Assembly (NCBI GenBank): GCA_963692865.2 | Contig: OY843592.1 | Span: 352,001 to 416,000 of the forward strand | DNA length: 64,000 bases | Origin: a bacterium | GTDB lineage: Bacteria > UBA8248 | Reading direction: 5' to 3' | Translations under genes and position numbers: made by a program | Shown here: piece after piece, positions 19,212-27,181 of the stretch | Position numbering within the stretch: position 1 is the stretch's first letter | How the letters are laid out: each line of letters starts with the position of its first letter | Notes under the pieces: model-generated | What the model saw: only the letters and a program-made list of their open reading frames with translations | What the model was told of the DNA's origin: nothing | The model's database searches: none

Positions 19212-19388
19212 GTAATCGAACTTCCTTCTGCCAGTATTCGCCGCCCCTTTAGGCGGACGTATGCTTGGCTGGTACCGCTTTCCACACGCATCTGGAGAAG
19301 ACGGAGGGTAACTGGATAGAACTCGGGATGAGAGGCGCTTCCGATCACCAGGAAACACAACGCGTGATCACGAGAAATGTCGAGGGGG

Positions 19389-19417
19389 TTTATGCACTCC
19401 CCGCGCCTGAATGTCAA
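19389..19417 (-). promoter_or_regulatory. Candidate sigma70 promoter for the helicase gene
   Basis: Minus strand reads TTGACA-17 nt-CATAAA, about 175 nt upstream of the ATG at 19211. Confidence 0.45.
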
Positions 19418-19782
19418 GAGGGAGGGAAAAAGGCGCCTCCAATGGCGCGCGCAGTCATACTGATGCCGTTTTCTCGATGATTCCCATCGCGCCAAAGACC
19501 CTCGATAATTATCGGGTTTCAATGATACCTTTTGGATTGCCGATAAGCATTCATTTCCTCCCTCCTCGGTCGGCCAAGCGGAATCGGCGCAAGCGAAAAA
19601 TACGGGCAAATGCGCGCGACGAACCGACGCGATACCGGAGGTCTCCGGTTCTTTCTCTCGTTCGGCCTCCCGCCGTTGCGAAAACCGGGCGTCGCCCCTA
19701 GTATTCCCGCATCGTCTGAAACCGGAAACGCTCCCCAACCCACAGGGGAGCAGGAACACGGCACAACACGAAAGGATGCGTC

Positions 19783-22095
19783 ATGGAGGATAAGAGCGGG
19801 GCGTTCCGTCTGGAGGAAGCGTCCATCGAAGACCTGCACGCGGCGATTCGCGCGGGACGCACGACGTGCGTAGCAGTCGTGGAGCACTACCTCGCGCGCG
19901 TCCGCGCGTACAACGGCGTCGCCAGCATGCTCGTCACCGAAGACGGCGCGCCCGTTCCCGAAGCCAGGGGCGTGGTTCGCGGCGGCGCGCCGCTCGAGTT
20001 CCCGACCGAAACGGTGAAGGCTTCCGACTACCTGCCCGACCTGGACGAATACGCAGGCCCGCCGCTGGAGTTCGGACGCATGGAGGCCACCGCGTCCGAC
20101 CCCGAGGTCGAGCAGCAGTACGGCATGATCGTCGGCATCCCCAACGCGGGCCAGGTGAACGCCCTCGCCACCCTGAACATCCGGGGCGAGCGATCCGTCA
20201 CGTGCAAGGGCGATTTCGACAGGCATCCCGCGGAAGGCCCCCTGCCGCCGGGCGCGCCGCCCATGTGCGAGGTCTTCCGCCATTACCCCGACGCGCTTGA
20301 GCGCGCGGCGGAGCTCGACGCGGAGTACGGCGCCGACCCCGACCTCGAAAAAATGCCGATGTTCGGCGTCGCCTTCTCCTTCAAGGACCCCTTCGACACG
20401 AAGGACATGCGCTCCACCGGCGGGGGCGACGCGGCCTATGACATCGATTTCCCCGCGCGCGACCACGTCCTCGTCGAGCAGCTCAGGAACAAGGGCGCCG
20501 TCATCTTCGCCAAGGCCGTGAGCACCGAATACAACGGGCGCGCGGGCGACCCGGGCGGGCGGCACGCGCCCGAGAAGGCGCTGCCCTCGGTGCTCGGCTA
20601 CCAGCGCAGCACGTGGGGCGGGAACCCGTCCAACCCCTACGACACCACGCGGGCGGCCTCTCTGGGTTCGAGTTCGGGCTCCGCCCTCTCGGTGAGCACG
20701 AACATGGTGATGGCGAGCCTGGGCGAGGAGACGAGGGCCTCCTGCCGGGGGCCGTCGAACCACAACGCCGTCGCGCTCATCCTGCCGCACAAGGCGATGC
20801 TCGGGTTTGACGGCGGCGCCATCGGGGCGGACATCTACTGCGACAGGAGCGGCGTCATCACGAAATCACTCGCCGATTGCGCCAGGGTGCTCGACGCGCT
20901 CAAGGACCCGGTGAACGGCTACTACGACCCGCGCGACCCGTTCACCACGGTGCCGCGCTCCTCCGTTCTGGATACGCCCTACGCCTCGCACATACGGACG
21001 AGCGGGGAGGCGGGCGCGCTCGAAGGCGCGCGAATCGGCGTCATCCGCGAGTCGATGGTCTATCCCAGAGGGTCGAAATCGGAAGAACCCATCGTCAACG
21101 CGGCGGCGAGGGAGATAAAGGAAGTCCTGGGCCTAAAGCTGGGCGCCAAACTCCTCGAATCCACCGACCCCCTCTGGGCGGGCGACCCCGAGGTCGAGAC
21201 GATGAAGACGGATTTCCGCCGCGCACTCGCCAGGCTCATCCCCGTCTTCATGCCGGACATCATGTTCCGCCTGACGCCCGGGGGCGAGCCGCTCTTCACC
21301 GAGTTCGCAGAGGCCATCGCGCCCACCGAGTTCGCGCCGGGCGTCGTTTTCGGCTCGGGCGATATGCAGCCCATCGACTACATGCTCGCCATGGGCGAGG
21401 GCAGGATCGAGCAGCCGATAAACCTGGACCTCGCCACCGTGCAGCAGCAGGAACTCGCCATGACGTTCCGCTACCACATCCACCAGTACCTCTCGCGCCG
21501 GGCGGAGGACTGGGAGGCGCGCGGATACAGCGAGACCATCACGGGATTTCCAGAGCTGAACGCGCGCTCCAAGTTCTGGGGCGACGACCACCGCGCCGCC
21601 TTCAGGAACTGGGAGGAAGTCTCAGACCCGCGCAACCCCCACGGGGACCGCCAGGGGGTGAACGAGCGCATCATGCTGCGCGAACTCCTGCGCCGCGTGG
21701 ACATGATGGTGATCCTGGAGAACGACCTCGACGCACTCGTGCGCCTGCATACGCCGTTCCCGCCCGCCGTCATCGGCGGCGCGGTCCAGCCCGGCCTCCT
21801 GCTCAACTCCCGGCCGGAATCCCAAAGCGGGCCGAACGCGGGGCTGACGGAAGTGCTCGTGCCGGCGGGCTACGTGCGCACGACGTACGACCCCGTTTTC
21901 GAGCTGAGCGAGGACGGGACGCGGTTCGTCTCCGCCCACAACGATGAGGCCACCACCATCCCCGAGCCGGGCCTGCCGTTCTCGCTCGTCTTCCGCGCGG
22001 AACCCGGCAGGGAGGACGTGCTGCTCAAGATCGCCTCGACGTATGAGGCGGCCTCGAAGCGCCGCATCCCCCCGCCCGATTTCGGGCCGCTGTAG
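19783..22095 (+). CDS. Amidase-signature family protein (unusually long, 770 aa)
   Basis: FSFKDPFDT (catalytic Lys), NPYD, GSSSGSA, ASLGEETRASCRGPS and C-terminal EDVLLKIASTYEAASKRRIPP. Confidence 0.85.
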   Translation: MEDKSGAFRLEEASIEDLHAAIRAGRTTCVAVVEHYLARVRAYNGVASMLVTEDGAPVPEARGVVRGGAPLEFPTETVKASDYLPDLDEYAGPPLEFGRMEATASDPEVEQQYGMIVGIPNAGQVNALATLNIRGERSVTCKGDFDRHPAEGPLPPGAPPMCEVFRHYPDALERAAELDAEYGADPDLEKMPMFGVAFSFKDPFDTKDMRSTGGGDAAYDIDFPARDHVLVEQLRNKGAVIFAKAVSTEYNGRAGDPGGRHAPEKALPSVLGYQRSTWGGNPSNPYDTTRAASLGSSSGSALSVSTNMVMASLGEETRASCRGPSNHNAVALILPHKAMLGFDGGAIGADIYCDRSGVITKSLADCARVLDALKDPVNGYYDPRDPFTTVPRSSVLDTPYASHIRTSGEAGALEGARIGVIRESMVYPRGSKSEEPIVNAAAREIKEVLGLKLGAKLLESTDPLWAGDPEVETMKTDFRRALARLIPVFMPDIMFRLTPGGEPLFTEFAEAIAPTEFAPGVVFGSGDMQPIDYMLAMGEGRIEQPINLDLATVQQQELAMTFRYHIHQYLSRRAEDWEARGYSETITGFPELNARSKFWGDDHRAAFRNWEEVSDPRNPHGDRQGVNERIMLRELLRRVDMMVILENDLDALVRLHTPFPPAVIGGAVQPGLLLNSRPESQSGPNAGLTEVLVPAGYVRTTYDPVFELSEDGTRFVSAHNDEATTIPEPGLPFSLVFRAEPGREDVLLKIASTYEAASKRRIPPPDFGPL
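21773..22095 (+). repeat. Direct repeat copy 1 (323 bp, the amidase 3' end)
   Basis: Aligns without gaps to 25531-25853, with 25 mismatches counted by eye. Confidence 0.95.
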
Positions 22096-22247
22096 GGATA
22101 GGCCGTTTCGGGCCTAATTTTTGCGTTGAAGACGCTTAGCACCTTTACTCACCGGGAATAAAGACCATCCATCCCCACAAAACCGCTAGACCCGATCAGA
22201 GATCCCCTAGTAGTCTAGGGGAAAATTCTTGCTGCAAAGGAGGGGCC

Positions 22248-24461
22248 ATGGTTCGATTGAAAACTGCCGCTACCATCCTCGAAGGCGCCGAAAAATGGAA
22301 GCAGCGATGCCTGCTCGAAGGCGGCTCACTGTTCTCTGAAGAGCGACTCGGGACAAGGGAAAACTTCGGGGAACTTCAGACCTACTTCGTCGAGCGTCCC
22401 GATGAGGGAAGCGATTCGTTTGAAGAGAAACTACGACGCCAACTTGATCCCGCACCCCCAGAAGCGAAGCGTCTGTGGGCGGAAATGACGTGGGTGTACT
22501 ACCTCGTCGTGGAGCCTGTAACACGGGTAAAGAAGTTCGACAGGATCAGCACAGTCTGGGAGTGGTCAGGCTCTGCGCTGCCCGAGGATCACTGGGCGTT
22601 GGGTGACGTTCTGGACGGTGGGATGATCAGTCCGGGCACGGCCTACCTTGTGCACCAATGGCTTGAGTTCAAGTTCATCATCACCATGATGCTCGACTGG
22701 TGCTCCCGTTCTGCACGGGAGCGGGAATCATTGCTGAACGAGCCTTGGGGTTTCGCGGAATGGGTTGACGGACAGGAAGACGGCCACCGGCGTCAATTCC
22801 GCCATGCCCTGTTGTTTCTGCTGTTCCCTGGCGAGTTCGAAGACATCGTGGCGCGGCGTCACAAGAGAGACATCGTCAAGGCTTTTCATGAGGAAATTGG
22901 CGAAACATACGATGTCGACCGCATGAGTCTTGCCGAACTCGACAGAGCGTTACTTTCGGTAAGGAGACGCTTCGAAGACGAGCATCCCGGAAAAGAAATA
23001 AACTTCTACGAGCCATCCTTGAGGGAACGTTGGCAAGGCAGTTCGACGACGCCGAACGGTGGCGATTGCACAGACGATCCTGGTGATGAGGCATGGTTCC
23101 AGGAGCGCTTCGGTACGGTGAACATATGGGCCATCGCAGCGGGTGAGGGTGCTCGCTTGTGGAGGGATTTCCACGAGCATGGTATCGCGGCGATCGGGTT
23201 CGACGAGCTCGGAGACCTCAATGAATATAACTCAAGAGAAGACGTCCAAAGTGCTTTGATCGAGAACGGCGCAGGACAAAACCCGAGCAACCATTCGCTT
23301 GCCGTTTGGGAATTTATGCACGAGATGAAGCTCGGGGACATTCTCATCGCCAAGAGAGGGCGTAAGACCATACTCGCATGGGGGAAGGTCACCGGAGATT
23401 ACGTCTACGAGCCCGAGCGGCCAGAGTACCGGAACCTTCGGAAGGTCGAATGGCATCCTTGCAGCGCACCGATCAACCTTCAGGATCCGATCACCACCAA
23501 GACGTTGACTCGATTCACCCCTTACAAGAGTTGGTTGCGGAATGTCTTCGAATCGATCGATGCCGAACCGCCGGGAGACGGGCCTATTGAGCAAACCCGA
23601 CCCTATGACATTTCCGACGCAATCGTTGACTTGTTCTTGGAGGAAGCACAATTCCGCCGCATTCTCGACTCCATAGCGCTTCGCAAGAACCTGATCCTCC
23701 AAGGGCCGCCGGGTGTCGGCAAGACCTTCATCGCCCGGCGGATCGCATGGTGCCTGATGGGTCGCAAAGACTCACGACCTATCGAGATAGTGCAATTCCA
23801 TCAGTCCTATGCTTACGAGGACTTCGTGCAGGGCTGGAGGCCGACGGAAACCGGCGGCTTCAGGTTGCGCAACGGCGTATTTTACGAGTTCTGTAAACGC
23901 GCGGAACAACAGCCCGAGACGCCGTTCGTCTTCATCATCGACGAGATCAACCGAGGCAATCTCTCGAGGATATTCGGAGAGTTGCTCATGCTCATCGAAG
24001 CGGACAAGCGTGGCCCCAGGCACGCTATCGCGCTGACATACGGCGCGCCCGGAGAACGCTTCAGCGTTCCTGAAAACGTACATGTCCTGGGACTCATGAA
24101 CACCGCTGACCGTTCTCTGGCGATAGTGGACTACGCGCTGCGCCGCCGGTTTGCGTTCGAGACGCTCAAGCCCGCCTACGGCACCAGCAAATTCCGGGAA
24201 CACTTGCTGGAAGCGGAGGTCGACAAGGACCTCGTTGACCGGATCGACCGCAATCTGTCGGCGCTCAACGAGCGCATCCGTGATGACAAGGATCTCGGCC
24301 CCGGCTTCCAGATCGGACACAGCTACTTCGTGCCCGAGGGATCGGCGGATGAGCAGTGGTACCTGGGCATCGTCGATACACAGATCGCGCCCCTGTTGCG
24401 CGAATACTGGTTCGATCGTCCCGAGCATGTAGATGAACTGGTCGAGGTCTTACAGCGATGA
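22248..24461 (+). CDS. mcrB: McrB-family GTPase of a type IV (modification-dependent) restriction system
   Basis: GPPGVGKT, QFHQSYAYEDFVQG, IIDEINRGN, McrB signature MNTADRS, RRRF, IGHSYF. Confidence 0.92.
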   Translation: MVRLKTAATILEGAEKWKQRCLLEGGSLFSEERLGTRENFGELQTYFVERPDEGSDSFEEKLRRQLDPAPPEAKRLWAEMTWVYYLVVEPVTRVKKFDRISTVWEWSGSALPEDHWALGDVLDGGMISPGTAYLVHQWLEFKFIITMMLDWCSRSARERESLLNEPWGFAEWVDGQEDGHRRQFRHALLFLLFPGEFEDIVARRHKRDIVKAFHEEIGETYDVDRMSLAELDRALLSVRRRFEDEHPGKEINFYEPSLRERWQGSSTTPNGGDCTDDPGDEAWFQERFGTVNIWAIAAGEGARLWRDFHEHGIAAIGFDELGDLNEYNSREDVQSALIENGAGQNPSNHSLAVWEFMHEMKLGDILIAKRGRKTILAWGKVTGDYVYEPERPEYRNLRKVEWHPCSAPINLQDPITTKTLTRFTPYKSWLRNVFESIDAEPPGDGPIEQTRPYDISDAIVDLFLEEAQFRRILDSIALRKNLILQGPPGVGKTFIARRIAWCLMGRKDSRPIEIVQFHQSYAYEDFVQGWRPTETGGFRLRNGVFYEFCKRAEQQPETPFVFIIDEINRGNLSRIFGELLMLIEADKRGPRHAIALTYGAPGERFSVPENVHVLGLMNTADRSLAIVDYALRRRFAFETLKPAYGTSKFREHLLEAEVDKDLVDRIDRNLSALNERIRDDKDLGPGFQIGHSYFVPEGSADEQWYLGIVDTQIAPLLREYWFDRPEHVDELVEVLQR

Positions 24462-25498
24462 ACGACAGGAAAATTCCCATCGCCAACATCTATTACCTCC
24501 TGTGCTACGCCTGGGGCCATGTCGAGGAACGCGATATGGTGCGGCTGGAGGAGTTGGAGGGACTGGAAAAAATACACGACCTTCTGGCCAAGGTGCTGGC
24601 CGAAGGGACATTCCGGCTGATACGCAGAGGCATCGATCGCGGCTACCGGGAGGTGCGCGAGGACCTTACTGGCATTCGCGGAAAGATCGCTGTGGGAGAA
24701 ACCGCGAAACGGGCGTTACTCGTACGCGGACAGGTGACTTGCGACTTCGAAGAACTATCCCACGACGTTGTTCACAACCGCATCCTGCGCTCCACGCTGA
24801 GATCCCTGCTGCGACTCAAAGACTTGCACTCAAGTGTGCGCGCTCAAGTCCGGAACGCCTATTCGAAGCTCGACGGCGTAAGCGTAGTGCCGCTTAACCG
24901 CCGGTTGTTCCAACAGGTGCGTCTCGACCGCAACCGCCGGTATTATCGATTCTTGTTATCCGTGTGCCGGCTCATCCATGAGAAGTTGCTGATCGATGAG
25001 CGCTCCGGGGAGGCCACGTTCACCGACTTCAGCGAAGAGCAGATGGAAAGACTGTACGAGGACTTCATCATCGAGTTCTACAGCCGTGAGCAGGACCGTT
25101 ATCAGGTCAACTATCGCGGTCGCACCATCGCATGGGTTGACGAGGGTACGCCCGACCACCAGCGTTCGAAGCTTCCGCGAATGGAAGCCGACGTCATTCT
25201 CGAAGCGCCGGGTCGCCGAATCATCATGGACGCCAAATACTACCGGGAGGCCCTGGGCGGCCGTTACGGCGGGAAGTTGCATTCGAACAATCTCTACCAA
25301 CTCATGTCTTACCTGCGCAATCGTGAGGCTACCGAAGCGCCGGGGCCTAGACACGAAGGAATCTTGCTCTACCCGACAGTTGATATACCTTTGGCGGTCG
25401 ATGTCCGCCTGGAAGGCTTCTCAATCCAGGCCCGCACCATCGACCTTGCCCAGGACTGGCGTAAGATACACGATGGTATGTTAGCCTTAATCACGTAA
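24458..25498 (+). CDS. mcrC: McrC-family PD-(D/E)xK endonuclease subunit
   Basis: IPIANIYYLLCYAW, LYEDF, EADV..IMDAKYY, LYQL.SY, GILLYP. Overlaps mcrB at ATGA. Confidence 0.92.
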   Translation: MNDRKIPIANIYYLLCYAWGHVEERDMVRLEELEGLEKIHDLLAKVLAEGTFRLIRRGIDRGYREVREDLTGIRGKIAVGETAKRALLVRGQVTCDFEELSHDVVHNRILRSTLRSLLRLKDLHSSVRAQVRNAYSKLDGVSVVPLNRRLFQQVRLDRNRRYYRFLLSVCRLIHEKLLIDERSGEATFTDFSEEQMERLYEDFIIEFYSREQDRYQVNYRGRTIAWVDEGTPDHQRSKLPRMEADVILEAPGRRIIMDAKYYREALGGRYGGKLHSNNLYQLMSYLRNREATEAPGPRHEGILLYPTVDIPLAVDVRLEGFSIQARTIDLAQDWRKIHDGMLALIT

Positions 25499-25530
25499 TT
25501 GAGTTTGCATTTCTATTGAAAGTAGCGAAT

Positions 25531-25853
25531 TCGGCGGCGCTGTCCAGCCCGGCCTCCTGCTGAACTCACGGCCAGAATCCCAGAGCGGCCCGAACGCGGG
25601 CCTGACCGAAGTGCTCGTGCCCGCGGGCTACGTGCGCACGACGTATGACCCGGTATTCGATCTCAGCGAGGACGGGACGCGGTTCGTCTCCGCCCACAAC
25701 GATGAGGCCACCACCATCCCCGAGCCCGGCCTGCCGTTCTCGCTCGTCTTCCGCGCCGAACCCGGCCGGGAGGACGTACTGCTGCGCATCGCCTCGACCT
25801 ACGAAGCGGCCTCGAAGCGCCGCATCCCCCCGCCCGATTTCGGGCCGCTGTAG
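25531..25853 (+). pseudogene. Orphan duplicate of the amidase 3' end (direct repeat copy 2)
   Basis: About 92% identical to 21773-22095, same stop codon, no 5' part of the gene. Confidence 0.9.
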
Positions 25854-25894
25854 GGGGGGCGGAATCCGAGGCATTTGGACGGCGCTTTCCTGTT

Positions 25895-26028
25895 GTAGAG
25901 GCGATTCACGAATTGTTGGAACGACGAGGCTTCGTAGGGGCGGACCTGTGTGTCCGCCCCTACAGTACCATCGCGTCTTTGCGTAGGGGCCGTTCGCGAA
26001 CGTGGGCCGTTTACAAACGGCCCACTAC
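25895..26028. repeat. Cluster of GTAG-type REP-like hairpins
   Basis: GTAGGGGCGGAC-CTGTGT-GTCCGCCCCTAC (25934-25963) and GTAGGGGCCGTTCGCGAACG...CCCACTAC (25983-26028). Confidence 0.75.
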
Positions 26029-26049
26029 AAAATCGCCGGGTCGCGGATT

Positions 26050-26222
26050 CACTCCCCCCTTGAGGGGGAGTCGGTGAGGTGAGGGGGATTTTGCCCGAAA
26101 CCGAACCGGTGGGGGGAGCTTTTTCTGTGGCATGTCCCCCCACCGAATCGGCCTTCGCACAAACCGCTCGGCCTCTTCGTCCGGCTTTCCCCTCGGGAAG
26201 CCAGACCCTCAAGGGGGGAGTG
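26050..26222. repeat. Palindromic element CACTCCCCCCTTGAGGG...CCCTCAAGGGGGGAGTG
   Basis: 17-bp terminal inverted repeats. A homologous copy lies at about 62963-63148. Confidence 0.8.
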
Positions 26223-26241
26223 GCTCGACCCGACCCTCAAT

Positions 26242-26564
26242 GGGTTGTTGAAAAACCCCTCTCCGCCTCATCCTGAGTAGCGGCGAAGCCGCGTATCGAA
26301 GGCACGAACCCCCTCGTCGGAATCAACCCCCCTACCCCCCCTTGTCAGGGGTCAAACGCGAGTGAGGAACGAGCGTTTGCAGAAGCCATTGATGAGAAAC
26401 ACATCGGTCCGCAATTTCTCGCTCATCGCTCGAAATTGACCCCTGACAAGGGGGGTAGGGGGGGTTGGTTTTTAAGCCGACTAGGGGTGTAAAGGTGGGT
26501 GGTTTTCCAGTCGAGAAGGGGCGTCCCCTCTCCCCCTTGAAAAGGGGCTTTTTCAACAGCCCCC
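26242..26564. mobile_element. MITE-like composite with GGTTGTTGAAAAA/TTTTTCAACAGCC ends, containing nested palindromes
   Basis: Inverted ends. Inside are CCTCATCCTGAGTAGCGGCGAAGCCGCGTATCGAAGG (26266-26302) and an element with roughly 30-bp inverted arms, AACCCCCCTACCCCCCTTGTCAGGGGTCAA (26325-26466). Confidence 0.65.
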
Positions 26565-26700
26565 TTGATCAGGTTAGATACCGGAATGACGAGCGAAACC
26601 CGCGCGCCGCTCGAACTTCACCGGCGGAGCGCAAACGTCTGCAGGCGCGCCCGCCGGACGCACAGGACGCCGATTTCTTAAATGCGCCGCAAGCGGAGCG

Positions 26701-27000
26701 CTAAGCCGGACGCCCGGTCGTCCAATCCCACTGACGCACCTGGGATTCGGCGAATAGGCCCGCTTTGGCGTAGGGGCTGTCGGCCAGGAAAGATCGCGCC
26801 GCCTCGATAGAGGGCGCTTCGATCGCCAGGAGAAGGCCGTCGACGTCCTCTCCGTTGTCGGCAATCGTCGGCCCGCCGTGATGATAGGTCACATCGGGAT
26901 GGCCGGGGTGACCGCGCAAATAGGCGGCGAAGGCGTCATACAGGTCACTGCGCGTTTGCGACATTCCGGGCTTGTGCGTGACGAAAACCGCAAAATACAT
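26701..27000 (-). CDS. YciI family protein
   Basis: 99 aa. GGPT..DNGE..DGLLLAIEAPSIEAARSFLADSPYAKAGLF. AGGAG RBS. Confidence 0.8.
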   Translation of the reverse strand: MYFAVFVTHKPGMSQTRSDLYDAFAAYLRGHPGHPDVTYHHGGPTIADNGEDVDGLLLAIEAPSIEAARSFLADSPYAKAGLFAESQVRQWDWTTGRPA

Positions 27001-27181
27001 GGGTGTTCTCCTCCTGTGGGGTAGTAAGGTCGAGTTGCGTCGATCAGGATATTTCTTCACTCGTCATGCCGTCAAGATATTTCTTCACTCATCACTCCGT
27101 CAAAAGGCCGCACGGGATGGCGTCTCTCCGCATCCGCGCCCCGGGAGCGCTCCGGTGCCGGGTTGAAGAAAACATGGCGAT

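Noticed and set aside
25611-25853. 80-aa ORF as an independent small gene
   Set aside because: It is the in-frame tail of the duplicated amidase end, and its GTG is an internal Val codon without an RBS.
25860-26600. Repeat clusters as a possible CRISPR array
   Set aside because: There is no constant repeat with regular unique spacers and no cas genes. The repeats are heterogeneous palindromes.
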